Positions 8,903 to 18,385 of a stretch of DNA of 64,000 nucleotides are shown here, piece by piece; position 1 is the first letter of the stretch; every line of letters starts with the position of its first letter. The stretch is from a virus, in the IMG/VR virus record IMGVR_UViG_3300032289_002472, positions 49,068 through 113,067 of that record, one strand, 5' to 3'. Below the pieces are notes generated by a model. It searched no databases. It was not told the DNA's origin and was given only the letters and a program-made list of their open reading frames with translations. The position numbers and the translations under genes were made by a program.

Positions 8903-9147
8903 TTTTTCGAAGAATGGTTATTAGCAGACTTTTGCCAAACTTCATAATGTATTCCTACACACCCCTTCTTTTTTCTCTTTTTAATTCGTTGAACTAAAGC
9001 CGCATGTCGACAATTTCGTTTAACTTCGTCCATGATTTTGTAAGCCATGGTCATCTCTCCTTCAAGAAAGGGACCAGCTAAAATGTGAAAACCATTAGAC
9101 CTAGCCTCTTTTTCTGTAATGTATTTGTGATTAATTAATTCGCTCAT
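8899..9147 (-). CDS. hypothetical protein
   Basis: ATG at 9147 downstream of tRNA-Leu; ATGA overlap with next gene. Confidence 0.65.
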   Translation of the reverse strand: MSELINHKYITEKEARSNGFHILAGPFLEGEMTMAYKIMDEVKRNCRHAALVQRIKKRKKKGCVGIHYEVWQKSANNHSSKK

Positions 9148-9168
9148 GTTGTTGTTCTTTAAAATAAA

Positions 9169-9249
9169 TAGCGTAGGAGGGACTCGAACCCTCAAGACTT
9201 TCGTCGACAGATTTTAAGTCTGTTGTGTATGCCATTCCACCACTACGCC
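9169..9249 (-). tRNA. tRNA-Leu(TAA)
   Basis: GGCGTAGTGGTGGAATGG..ACAGACTTAAAATCTGT..variable arm..GGTTCGAGTCCC. Confidence 0.92.
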
Positions 9250-9257
9250 CAAATTTA

Positions 9258-9398
9258 CTATTTAGCTATGCCCCGCTTTTGTAATCTCTTGAGTCTTGCC
9301 TTGCGAGCATATTTGCTCTCGTGCATTGGATCCTCTTCAAGCATTTTGCGACGACGTTCTTCTTTTTCTTTTTGTATCTGTTCTCGTTTCTTAGACAT
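9258..9398 (-). CDS. small basic protein (46 aa), not in ORF track
   Basis: MSKKREQIQKEKEERRRKMLEEDPMHESKYARKARLKRLQKRGIAK fills the gap. Confidence 0.6.
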   Translation of the reverse strand: MSKKREQIQKEKEERRRKMLEEDPMHESKYARKARLKRLQKRGIAK

Positions 9399-9400
9399 GT

Positions 9401-10201
9401 TTAAAACATACGTGTAAAGGCGAGCGTCCCCATTGGTATTTGAGGTACTCCATTGCCATAATTTCTCGATCCGTAATAGATGTGTGGGCTGTGAATATAA
9501 AAATGCCCAGCCTTGTTATTTGAGTTTGTCTCTGCCATTTGCCTGATCTCTAAAGCTAGTGCTTTTAATATATTTTTTGTGTTGGGGGAATAAGTATTCT
9601 TATCCACCCTTTTCCACATGTGATCATCATCAACTTGTATATCCTTGAAGGTCGGTGTGTGCTCCCATTTACGAATTAAGTCCGCACAGAAATAAACAGA
9701 ATTTCTAGACTTTAATCCAAGGGTTAACATCAAAACTGAACGAGGACCACTATTTATATCTTTAGACAAAATAGCGTTTATATCATTCATGACAGAAGGA
9801 CAAACATAACCCAAATAATCAGCATAAATAATATCAAAATGATGATCACTAGGAATACCTGTCTGTGGGCTTCTGATTAAAGCTTCTGACAGGTGTCCAT
9901 GCTGATGGGTCATGTTGAATGTAGCTCTACCCCCATAATCGTTTGACAACTGTTCAGCCACAGAAGTAGCCATAGAATGAATACTAGGATTGTTTTCGCA
10001 TCCCCAAAAACAAAATCTGTTCTCAGGAAAACTTTCAACAATGCTTCTTTCATGTGCCCACTCTTGGGCTGGTAGTGTCAGAAAATTAACTGTCTGTCCC
10101 TTTTCAAGGGCTGAAGCTAGTAAGGGAGCGATAAATCTATTACTGTAATCTTGATCCAATCTTTTATTACGATTCTTTTCTGGGCATGATACAAATGACA
10201 T
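9401..10201 (-). CDS. SAM-dependent methyltransferase-like protein
   Basis: FLTLPA..WAHE / WGCENN / FDIIYADYLG pattern of class I MTase strands; ATG at 10201 preferred. Confidence 0.5.
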   Translation of the reverse strand: MSFVSCPEKNRNKRLDQDYSNRFIAPLLASALEKGQTVNFLTLPAQEWAHERSIVESFPENRFCFWGCENNPSIHSMATSVAEQLSNDYGGRATFNMTHQHGHLSEALIRSPQTGIPSDHHFDIIYADYLGYVCPSVMNDINAILSKDINSGPRSVLMLTLGLKSRNSVYFCADLIRKWEHTPTFKDIQVDDDHMWKRVDKNTYSPNTKNILKALALEIRQMAETNSNNKAGHFYIHSPHIYYGSRNYGNGVPQIPMGTLAFTRMF

Positions 10202-10616
10202 GTTTCTTTGAAATAGACTTGATGCATTTTTCAATTTCTTTCCAGCTACACCCTTGAAGACTGCACCCAAGCTTGTATGGAAAATAAAGATTAATATTAG
10301 GAAATGCTTCGACGATCTTTGATAAAGATTGCTTAAATGCTAAATATTCAAACTTGTTTTGATTGTTATTGGGCATCAAACAATAAATATTAGCGACACT
10401 AAGCTCATCAGTTACACGAACAACAGAAGACTGACCCAACACATCCAATGGAGATCTCTTGAGTGTAGTTTCAATATGTTCCTGCAAAACCTTAGGGAAT
10501 TTTTTGGTAACCTGGAAAGAAAACCCGCCTGACATTTGATCACCGCAGCTCACGGGGTGAACAATCACCCCAGAGCTAACGGTAAGAACGTCTTTTACTA
10601 CTGTAGCCATGGTCAC
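10167..10616 (-). CDS. macro domain protein (Poa1p/TARG1/DarG-like), divergent
   Basis: VIVHPVSC..MSGGF...KKFP, VANIY, FPYKLGCSLQGCSW..I..CI. Confidence 0.7.
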   Translation of the reverse strand: MTMATVVKDVLTVSSGVIVHPVSCGDQMSGGFSFQVTKKFPKVLQEHIETTLKRSPLDVLGQSSVVRVTDELSVANIYCLMPNNNQNKFEYLAFKQSLSKIVEAFPNINLYFPYKLGCSLQGCSWKEIEKCIKSISKKHVICIMPRKES

Positions 10617-10984
10617 ATAGCTCCAACAGTTTTGATTAGATCTTTCTGTTTGCCATAAGTGTAAACAGCATCCAGAGGAATAACTCCATTCTCAAGACCC
10701 TTTACCATGGCATTGAACCCTGTCGATTCGCGCAGTCTTTCATAAGCTAAAATCCAGATCTCTCTGGGCGTAAGCCTTTTTTGAAGCGCTATTGTTTTGA
10801 TCATTTTGTTAAGTCGTTTGCGGTCAGAGTTGGTCTTCTCAGACACTAGCTTCTTAGCAATCTTCTTTTGTTGTTTAGGCAAATTAGATTGATAAATTAA
10901 CTGCAGTGAATCAACAACCTCAGTCGAGGCATCAGAAAATTTTTTAATAGAATTATTTAAGTCTAGTAGTAGTTGTTCAGGCAT
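10613..10984 (-). CDS. hypothetical protein
   Basis: 123 aa ORF with ACACA-rich leader. Confidence 0.7.
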   Translation of the reverse strand: MPEQLLLDLNNSIKKFSDASTEVVDSLQLIYQSNLPKQQKKIAKKLVSEKTNSDRKRLNKMIKTIALQKRLTPREIWILAYERLRESTGFNAMVKGLENGVIPLDAVYTYGKQKDLIKTVGAM

Positions 10985-11045
10985 AATGTGTGTTTTTGTT
11001 TATTGTGTAGAAATTAGATCTTGGCGATAAGTCACCAATAAAATT

Positions 11046-11498
11046 TTAAAAACACCCAACAATTTGGTTAGATATTTTAGGTATCTTTGTTGGATGAAGC
11101 TTTAAAGAAATCGATATTGGAGATTTCCTAGAAATAGCTGTAGATATACTTGGACTAATTTTTAGTCCGGTTGGGCAAGTGACAATAAGGTCTTGGTTGC
11201 TATTCCAAAAACCTTGAGATAAAAAATTAATAATTAACTTAGCCTTAGACTGATTAAAAAGCTCTGCCTCAGGATAATCAAAGGGATCTCCATCAAAGCA
11301 GTTAATGCTCAAAATTTCTCTAGGACTAATCTTAAAAGCTTTCTGCAAAAGATCTGCATTGTAAAAATGTGAAGACCTCCAGCCTATTTCGCTTGAAGAA
11401 ACAAAAACCACCCATGGGGGTTTCCCATGGGTGGCATTAGAATCTTGAATCGCACGATTTAGACCTTGATAACAGATAGCCTGAATCGTTCTATTCAT
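11046..11498 (-). CDS. protein-tyrosine-phosphatase-like fold, likely inactive
   Basis: LIVTCPTGLKISPSI resembles HCxxGxSRS but lacks the Arg. Confidence 0.4.
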   Translation of the reverse strand: MNRTIQAICYQGLNRAIQDSNATHGKPPWVVFVSSSEIGWRSSHFYNADLLQKAFKISPREILSINCFDGDPFDYPEAELFNQSKAKLIINFLSQGFWNSNQDLIVTCPTGLKISPSISTAISRKSPISISLKLHPTKIPKISNQIVGCF

Positions 11499-11499
11499 C

Positions 11500-12513
11500 T
11501 TAGTAGTTAGACAATATATGATTTAGCAGAGAGTTAGATTCCGACTCATCCATCCTATGCATTGGAATAACATAGAACTGTGTCGTGGTGTCCACCTCGG
11601 GATTGTCTTGGCAATTTGGGAAGATAAAGAAATCTCCCTTCATCTCTACCTGACAATAGTTTTCGTGATTTAGAGCGTCCTTAGATTCTGCAAGCAGAAC
11701 CATGTCGTTTGTCTCACAAAGCCAATGATCATGTGAAACCCCCAACAACTCTCCAGATTCATATAGCGTGAAGTCCTCGCCAAGTCTGATTGGCTCTAAA
11801 TTTAATTTAAGAGTAACACCTTCATTGGGTCCGACCTTCAATGATCCAGCTGACTGATTCAAAATATGGCGAGTTGCCAAAGTTTTGAAATCATCAAGCT
11901 TTTCTTGAATTACTTCCTGAACAGTTATTGAAAGATCAGAAGTCTCAATGAAATCTAAGTACTTTTCTTTAATCTGTTCTTTCTGTTCAGATGTCAGCGT
12001 AAAACCCTTGTGCCTCAATTCAACAATAACATTTTCCCAAGGATTAAACATGCCGTAAACAATTGAATCAGGGTAGCCATCTTCAATTTCTTTGATCTTA
12101 TTGTCAAATGCTTGAGATTCTGAAATATCTACTAGATCGGACCACTTGATTGGTTTAATCTCAAGATTTTCATCCAAATTCTCATGGACTGATTTTGACG
12201 AAATGAGATGTGTCCTAAAGTTGTCAGCAATCTGTGAAAGATCTGTGGTAAAAACCATCAACGACTTTTCAAAAGCTTCAGTAAGTTTAAAGTCACAAAG
12301 ATTCTGTAACGAAATAATAATTCCTGATTCAGCTAATTTAGTGCTGATAACTGCTACAGTAGAAAGAGAAACTTCAGGAAATAATTGCTCAAATTTTTTG
12401 CTGTCAATTTCTTGCTCAAGAAATTCACTTTTAATTTCCACTTCATAAGGAAGTATGTCTCTGGTTGTGTTCCAAAGCTGATTAAAAAGATAGTGTTTAA
12501 TATTTGTTCTCAT
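11500..12513 (-). CDS. hypothetical protein
   Basis: Long acidic ORF; ATG at 12513. Confidence 0.7.
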   Translation of the reverse strand: MRTNIKHYLFNQLWNTTRDILPYEVEIKSEFLEQEIDSKKFEQLFPEVSLSTVAVISTKLAESGIIISLQNLCDFKLTEAFEKSLMVFTTDLSQIADNFRTHLISSKSVHENLDENLEIKPIKWSDLVDISESQAFDNKIKEIEDGYPDSIVYGMFNPWENVIVELRHKGFTLTSEQKEQIKEKYLDFIETSDLSITVQEVIQEKLDDFKTLATRHILNQSAGSLKVGPNEGVTLKLNLEPIRLGEDFTLYESGELLGVSHDHWLCETNDMVLLAESKDALNHENYCQVEMKGDFFIFPNCQDNPEVDTTTQFYVIPMHRMDESESNSLLNHILSNY

Positions 12514-12518
12514 TTTGT

Positions 12519-12554
12519 AAAAGAAAAGGGAGGGGGACAAATGCCCCCCTCCCC
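12519..12554 (-). terminator. intrinsic terminator-like hairpin
   Basis: GGGAGGGGG/CCCCCTCCC stem followed by T-run on the minus strand. Confidence 0.6.
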
Positions 12555-12577
12555 ATTAGTTAATCTTAATATTAAGA

Positions 12578-12781
12578 TTATTCGGCCATTTCAGCTCCGC
12601 TCGGCTTTTTGCCTGGAAGCTTCATTTGAGCCCTTTTTAAAGGCTCAAAAATTCCGACCTTAACTTTTTCGATAATCTCATCAGAGATATCGTTCGCTTC
12701 GGCGGAATTAATTAATTCTTCGACGCCAGTCAAGGCAAGCTCGACTGAACCTCTAAGACTAGATGTTGATTTTTTTCTCAT
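12578..12781 (-). CDS. hypothetical protein
   Basis: 67 aa ORF directly after JAB gene. Confidence 0.6.
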   Translation of the reverse strand: MRKKSTSSLRGSVELALTGVEELINSAEANDISDEIIEKVKVGIFEPLKRAQMKLPGKKPSGAEMAE

Positions 12782-12787
12782 ATTTTT

Positions 12788-13981
12788 CTAATAGTAGCCG
12801 TACATTCCGTCATAGCTTCGAGCCATTAAATACTTGCGCTCGTTAATCCACGACTCAATTGTATCGGCAAGTTTCTCTTTTGAGATGCCCCATGTAGCTA
12901 AAATATTAGCGTCCACAGCGGTAAGCACCTCAAGTTTCGTTTCATCTAACTGATGGTCGAAAGTAGTCAAAATGTCACATAGCTCAGCTTGTGTCATCCT
13001 AAAGTTTCGACATATTTTATCTACTGACGGCTCCAATAGGTCTTTAGTTTGTTCCTCCCCAAGACCTAAAGAACCCTGATGGGGGCTTTGGGAATATCCC
13101 ACCTTTTTCTTTTTTTTGTTTTTTTTTGAGGCTTTTTTGGACTCCCACCACTCCCAGTATGGATTTGTGGATCCAGAAGAATAATTGGAAGCATATTCAG
13201 AAGAACCTCCGTAGTTATTAACTACAGTAAAACTCTTCTTTGGTGGCTCCACTCGATTCTTCATCCATTCTTCAATCAAGCCCTCTTCAGCCAACTCTTC
13301 AGTGTTTTGTTTCACCAAAAAATTAGTTGTATATTCTTGAATAGCTTTAGGAGCCCTAGAACCAATGTAGTCACTGGGAATTTCGATGAAGTCACTCATC
13401 TTAACAGGACAGAAAAAGACTTGAGCTTTTTCTACTGTCTCCTCCCCCTCCTCATTGACGACAATTTTCCCAGGAATAACTACCGTAAAACGAACGTGAA
13501 CATCTACTTCTTTCTCGTCAATTTTACCAATAGTTATGTGAATACCTGGAGAATTTTGCTCATCGTTTTTGTCGGTTCCAGATTGGAATGCGCCCATATT
13601 ACAGTGTGAGTGGCATGTCCCCCACTGATAATATTTACCGCCCTCCAATACCTCATTCATTTGAGCCTGAAAGGTTTCATGGTCTGGCAACTCTTTAGTT
13701 GTCATTCCAGTATCCTTTTCTTGAGGGAAGGCCCAAGCCTTCCACTCTTTGGTAACATCACTATAAAAAAGCCTAACTTGTGCCTCAGCTTTTTCATCTT
13801 TATTTACCTTGCGAAAAAAGGAAGCAATTGTCCTCCATAGAGACAGCTTCATCTTTCCACATCTCAACTCCAATGCTGGATCTTCTTTTATTTCTTCATA
13901 TTCCACAGGAAAAAACCCCGACAACTTATCGTTAATTTCTTTTTTGATTAGTGGCTTACCACTATGAATGAATAATTTCAT
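12788..13981 (-). CDS. JAB/MPN-domain metallopeptidase (prokaryotic deubiquitinase-like)
   Basis: EAQVRL...GTCHSHCNMGAFQSGTD (HSH-x7-S-x2-D) and GIHITIG. Confidence 0.88.
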   Translation of the reverse strand: MKLFIHSGKPLIKKEINDKLSGFFPVEYEEIKEDPALELRCGKMKLSLWRTIASFFRKVNKDEKAEAQVRLFYSDVTKEWKAWAFPQEKDTGMTTKELPDHETFQAQMNEVLEGGKYYQWGTCHSHCNMGAFQSGTDKNDEQNSPGIHITIGKIDEKEVDVHVRFTVVIPGKIVVNEEGEETVEKAQVFFCPVKMSDFIEIPSDYIGSRAPKAIQEYTTNFLVKQNTEELAEEGLIEEWMKNRVEPPKKSFTVVNNYGGSSEYASNYSSGSTNPYWEWWESKKASKKNKKKKKVGYSQSPHQGSLGLGEEQTKDLLEPSVDKICRNFRMTQAELCDILTTFDHQLDETKLEVLTAVDANILATWGISKEKLADTIESWINERKYLMARSYDGMYGYY

Positions 13982-15572
13982 TTACTTTGATACTAGAGAG
14001 GTTGACTAGGATTTTTATTTCACCACTAGAACGAGTTTTTTGATGTGTCATCTCAGATGTCTTTTTGTAGCGATCCAATTGATACTCATGGATGTTTTCG
14101 TTAAAAGAATTGGCAACATACTGTTTCACAGCAGTCTCCCCCTTCCTAATCACAAACTCAGGAACCATGACTGATTGAGTCTCTTTAGGCTCAATTGTGT
14201 ATCTCTGAATAACAGGTCTCTCAACGGTTGCCGAAAAACTCACCGAAACCTTTTTCTGTAAACTATCTTTAACATCGTTGGCGTTTATCCCAAAATGATA
14301 ATGACCATACATGTTAGTAACTGCTGCTGATGAACTAACCTGAAACCCAGCAGCCATCAAAGCCTTTTTGAAATAGCTACTCCACTTGTTGTTTAGCATA
14401 GTGTCGACACCCCAAAATAAAGGAGTGCCATCCTTAGCTGCTGCAACCGCAAACTCTGATAGCCAGTCGGAATGAACCTTGTCCAAAAGAACTGCTACAA
14501 GAGGAGAAGACTTTTTAGCCAAGGCAAGAGCGAACTCACCAAAGGATGACATGTTTTTGTACTCTGTCGATTTTAGTAGGTTCATCTTGTATGGATCTAA
14601 AAACTCAGATTTAAAGTTTTTAGCTATCATACTCAACAGTTGAGATCGTGGTTGAACAGCTACACGATTATTGGTTATTTCAGAAAACGACCTAAAAGCT
14701 ATCCTCAGTTCATCTTGATCCAGAAGCTTTGAGATTCTTTTGTGTACCTCAATTTCTTTGCCATTAATTTCCAATAGACACGTTTTTTCCAGAAGAACCC
14801 CCTGGGAATCTGTGTCAATTTCTGTAAATTTTGTGCAAAAAGAATTTTTAGCCTTGCGACAGAACGTAGTGGAAACTTTAACAGTTTTCCATTTACCGTC
14901 ATGCCACAGCCAAGTGACAGACCCATTCGGCAACAAAACCAAACCAACTTGTTCTGCGGCGGAAAAGGCCTTTACTGGAATAAAAATATTCTGGACACTA
15001 AATCGATCTATAGTCCATCTAGAGTCAAAAACCTTAAACATCTTGGTTGCATTACCCAAAACCTCGATAGCCTCAAAGAATGGAGTTCGAATAGATCCAG
15101 TGCTTTGTAGTGCTTCATTGTTTTCCGGGCCTTGAACCGTACCCACACTAAAATAACTACCATTTGGCAAGATATTTCCTGTTCCAGACAGTGATTTAAT
15201 ATTTTTAATCACACGAAACGGAACTAGTGGAACAGTCGTAAGAAGCTCAATTATTTTTTGATCATAATGCTTAAACCAATGCCCAGCTGGTTGAGTTAAA
15301 TAAAACAACTTTTCGCTAACTTTTGGGTTTATGGGGTAGCCACAAAAAGAAGGGTTTAAACGTTTCCTTTGTGCAGTGTAATTAACGTATGGACGATCAC
15401 ACAGAGTTAAACACTCAACACTATCTTCGACAAAGATGTGTTTTGAGTTTCTGAGATTTAAAGCCTCTTGTATGAAGCTTTTGCGTTCCTCCTGAACATC
15501 ATGGGGTGTTCTGTATGCCAAATTCTCAAAGTATTGACCCTGAGAAAATGGATAGACTGGTTTATTACTCAT
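13962..15572 (-). CDS. hypothetical protein within ubiquitin-like cluster
   Basis: 536 aa ORF overlapping E1 and JAB neighbours. Confidence 0.75.
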   Translation of the reverse strand: MSNKPVYPFSQGQYFENLAYRTPHDVQEERKSFIQEALNLRNSKHIFVEDSVECLTLCDRPYVNYTAQRKRLNPSFCGYPINPKVSEKLFYLTQPAGHWFKHYDQKIIELLTTVPLVPFRVIKNIKSLSGTGNILPNGSYFSVGTVQGPENNEALQSTGSIRTPFFEAIEVLGNATKMFKVFDSRWTIDRFSVQNIFIPVKAFSAAEQVGLVLLPNGSVTWLWHDGKWKTVKVSTTFCRKAKNSFCTKFTEIDTDSQGVLLEKTCLLEINGKEIEVHKRISKLLDQDELRIAFRSFSEITNNRVAVQPRSQLLSMIAKNFKSEFLDPYKMNLLKSTEYKNMSSFGEFALALAKKSSPLVAVLLDKVHSDWLSEFAVAAAKDGTPLFWGVDTMLNNKWSSYFKKALMAAGFQVSSSAAVTNMYGHYHFGINANDVKDSLQKKVSVSFSATVERPVIQRYTIEPKETQSVMVPEFVIRKGETAVKQYVANSFNENIHEYQLDRYKKTSEMTHQKTRSSGEIKILVNLSSIKVNEIIHS

Positions 15573-16275
15573 TTTTTAAGTCTCCTATTGTTATTGTTCC
15601 AAGCTTTGAAAAAGTATTGTTTAATTCAAGAGGCCAGAACTGTAAGGACTGAGTCTCATCTAGAGTCTTAGATTCAATCATCCAAAAATTCCAAAGATGC
15701 AAAGCATGAGAAGCTGCAAACTGATTTGCCAGTGCAGTTTGAGGAACTTCACTCAAACGCTTCTCCGTGTTACACCCATCGGCCCTAATTGGAGAGCCAC
15801 TATCAGTTGTAAGAATTTCAGGATAACGGACCCTAGGATCCAGCGATGTATTTGCCCAAGCTGAGTCATAATAAAATGCTTGAGCACCTATCGTACTGTT
15901 AGCAGCAAAAATAACTTTTGCCTTGTGACGATCTGCAACGGCAAGTAAATCGCGTCGTGCAGGATGATTGTCCACAAACCCCATAATTAAAGACTTGTTC
16001 TCCGGAGAAAACGAATCGTTAATATATTCATTAAGTACATCAATAAAAATACTAGGATGTTGTTGACGATACTGTGATGCCAATGCTTCGGCCTTGTATT
16101 GACCAACAGATTCTTGAGCGAATAGTTGTCGATCAAGATTCTTGGTCTCGAACATGTCGCCATCAACAAGCGTGATTTTACTTTTTTTGAACTGCTTAAG
16201 GTGATTAATGGTTTTAAAGAAGGATGGCAGAAAATAGGTGCAGACTCCGCCGCACCCAACAATGTAATGATTCAT
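15565..16275 (-). CDS. ThiF/E1-like adenylyltransferase
   Basis: VGCGGV, LVDGD..ETKNLDRQ, GQYKAEALA, FVDN, candidate catalytic Cys in DGCN. Confidence 0.9.
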   Translation of the reverse strand: MNHYIVGCGGVCTYFLPSFFKTINHLKQFKKSKITLVDGDMFETKNLDRQLFAQESVGQYKAEALASQYRQQHPSIFIDVLNEYINDSFSPENKSLIMGFVDNHPARRDLLAVADRHKAKVIFAANSTIGAQAFYYDSAWANTSLDPRVRYPEILTTDSGSPIRADGCNTEKRLSEVPQTALANQFAASHALHLWNFWMIESKTLDETQSLQFWPLELNNTFSKLGTITIGDLKNE

Positions 16276-16378
16276 GAATTAATGGTTTGAAATGTGTTTA
16301 AAAAGAAGAAGGGTTAGTTGAGATGAAAAACAAACAAAAACTCTCAACAAAACTACATAGTTCTGTCCCCTCCTAAAG

Positions 16379-16831
16379 TTACCAGTTATTCTCTTGATCG
16401 TCCTCGTCGTCGTCCTCTTCGTTGTCGTCTTCGTCGTCTTCAGGAACTGCATGAGATCGACTTGATGCTGATTCCAATATTTGTTCTTGGGGCTCGAACC
16501 TCTGCCCAACAGAAGCTGGCAGTGTCACGGCGCTTTCAGAACAAAAAATTGGAACCCCAAACGACATAGAGTCTTCCGCTTGAGGATCTATAAAAGATAG
16601 ATATCGTGAAACAAAGCTCTTTAGAGAAAATTCTGCAGGAACTTCTAAAGACTTTTCCTCTATACCTTTAGTTAAGTCTGTGCATCGAAAAAATGACCAC
16701 GTAGACCTGTAAAAAACATAATCATTGTATAATGATAAATGACGCTCTTTTGAGGTGCTGCCAAAAACTGACTCCATTGAGACAGGCAAGGTAGGAGCCT
16801 TCAAAAGATGCTGATACAGCTCTTTACTCAT
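16379..16831 (-). CDS. hypothetical protein with acidic tail
   Basis: 150 aa, ATGA overlap with E2-like gene. Confidence 0.7.
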   Translation of the reverse strand: MSKELYQHLLKAPTLPVSMESVFGSTSKERHLSLYNDYVFYRSTWSFFRCTDLTKGIEEKSLEVPAEFSLKSFVSRYLSFIDPQAEDSMSFGVPIFCSESAVTLPASVGQRFEPQEQILESASSRSHAVPEDDEDDNEEDDDEDDQENNW

Positions 16832-17664
16832 ATTGTTGGCAATCCATCGATGAAGTAGTTACCCACCTTTTTAACAAATGTTTTTTCGTTAATATGAACC
16901 AAAGACCGAACTTGATTCTTGTTGCAGTCCCACCCAAAAATATTGGATGCAATGGGTGCCCTGGAAACCTCAGACTCAAGAAGGTCTCTATTCATTTTGG
17001 ATTCAAAGAACCAAGTAACCGCTCTTTGAATGTTTTTATCAATTTGATTGTCTGAAATACTGGCGTCAAAGTTATGCCCCATACAAATACTTCCATCATT
17101 GTAGATGTTAGGCAGACAAGGCAAATAGTTACCTAGAAGTTTATTTTCCCTAGCGTTAATCACTTGAAAAAGCAGATGACACTTCATACTGAATCCCCTT
17201 GAGTTAATCCCAGCTCGTTTAGCTCCTGAAGAGCCTCTGTGATTAATCAAAACGGCAAACAACATTTTCATCACAATATCAGACGCACTCAGTGTGTTTT
17301 GTGTGTCAACACTCCAATAAAGTTTGTCGCTAATAGAGTCTGGATTCGACCCAGACAAGTCTGTGATTATCCTGGTTTGACTACCGTGCTCAACTAGGGA
17401 GAACTTCGTGTCAAAAATTAATCCAGGAATATGAGACCAATAAATACAGTCTCCATTATTTGAAAGAGAAAAGTGAAAGGGATGCATGGCATAAGATATT
17501 TCGCCGCGCTGGCATCCAACAGCTACATTGTATTGAGCATAATTATCAATACTGGCAAATTTTTGATTGGCAATTTTTTGAATGACGTCGTCAACATTGT
17601 AAATAGCACTAGGGTCTAGTCGATAAACAATGTTATCTTCGCCAAGGACGATAAGAGGATTCAT
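16828..17664 (-). CDS. prokaryotic E2-like protein (Prok-E2 family D-like)
   Basis: LPNIYNDGSICMG catalytic-Cys motif followed by WFFESKMNRDL. Confidence 0.75.
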   Translation of the reverse strand: MNPLIVLGEDNIVYRLDPSAIYNVDDVIQKIANQKFASIDNYAQYNVAVGCQRGEISYAMHPFHFSLSNNGDCIYWSHIPGLIFDTKFSLVEHGSQTRIITDLSGSNPDSISDKLYWSVDTQNTLSASDIVMKMLFAVLINHRGSSGAKRAGINSRGFSMKCHLLFQVINARENKLLGNYLPCLPNIYNDGSICMGHNFDASISDNQIDKNIQRAVTWFFESKMNRDLLESEVSRAPIASNIFGWDCNKNQVRSLVHINEKTFVKKVGNYFIDGLPTI

Positions 17665-17684
17665 GTGATGTTATTGAATTGTTG

Positions 17685-17730
17685 AAAAAAAGAGCCCCCA
17701 AGCTCGGCGCATCGAGCTTGGGGGCAAAAA
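17685..17730 (-). terminator. strong hairpin between Ubl and E2 genes
   Basis: 13-bp GCCCCCAAGCTCG/CGAGCTTGGGGGC stem followed by T-run on the minus strand. Confidence 0.7.
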
Positions 17731-17765
17731 ATTAATTATGAGAAATAAACTTCTCTAGATACAAA

Positions 17766-17993
17766 TTAGGCGAGAGCCTTTTCGTGGGAACGATTCTGGA
17801 CAGAAACCAGATCGCCCTCCGAAAGAACCACGTCATCGGAAGCAATGCTTCCATTGACAATGTACTGGACATTGTCAGAGCTGTAGCCGAGGGCTGCAGC
17901 GATGTTGCGGTTGTTACGAAGGCAGCCGAGGTTGCTTCCATTGGGAAGCTCCAAGGTCATGCTATTACCAGCGAAGCCAATATTAACTTGCAT
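17766..17993 (-). CDS. ubiquitin-like beta-grasp (ThiS/MoaD-like) protein
   Basis: 75 aa; YIVNGSIASDDVVLSEGDLVSV pattern; first gene before E2/E1/JAB. Confidence 0.8.
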   Translation of the reverse strand: MQVNIGFAGNSMTLELPNGSNLGCLRNNRNIAAALGYSSDNVQYIVNGSIASDDVVLSEGDLVSVQNRSHEKALA

Positions 17994-18133
17994 GATGTTA
18001 TATAGTTTTGCTTTGAACGCCAAAGCGAACGGAAGTTTTGTACTGGATCTTCAACCAAGCAGCCCCACTTTGAAACTGCTGGGCAAGTATTCGCTATTTG
18101 CGAATAGCGAATACTTGCAATAGCAATCTCAAA

Positions 18134-18385
18134 TTAGTGCGTGAACTCCAACTTAATGCCATACTTTTTGATGGCTTGCCTTAATGTCATTTTATTAACC
18201 CCTGGTTCTATTTCGGACTTATGAGTGAGGAAAAATTTGATGTGTTTACGTTCCTTTGCAGGAATAGAAGAAAGAAAAGTGGTGTAATTGGCGGAACCAG
18301 CTATGACGGCTAAAGGCTGAATAGTAACTTTAACGTTTTGCTTCGATAGTATTTTATAAACAAACGCTTTTTCAGGCTTAGCCAT
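18134..18385 (-). CDS. hypothetical protein
   Basis: 83 aa ORF, overlapping neighbour. Confidence 0.6.
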   Translation of the reverse strand: MAKPEKAFVYKILSKQNVKVTIQPLAVIAGSANYTTFLSSIPAKERKHIKFFLTHKSEIEPGVNKMTLRQAIKKYGIKLEFTH

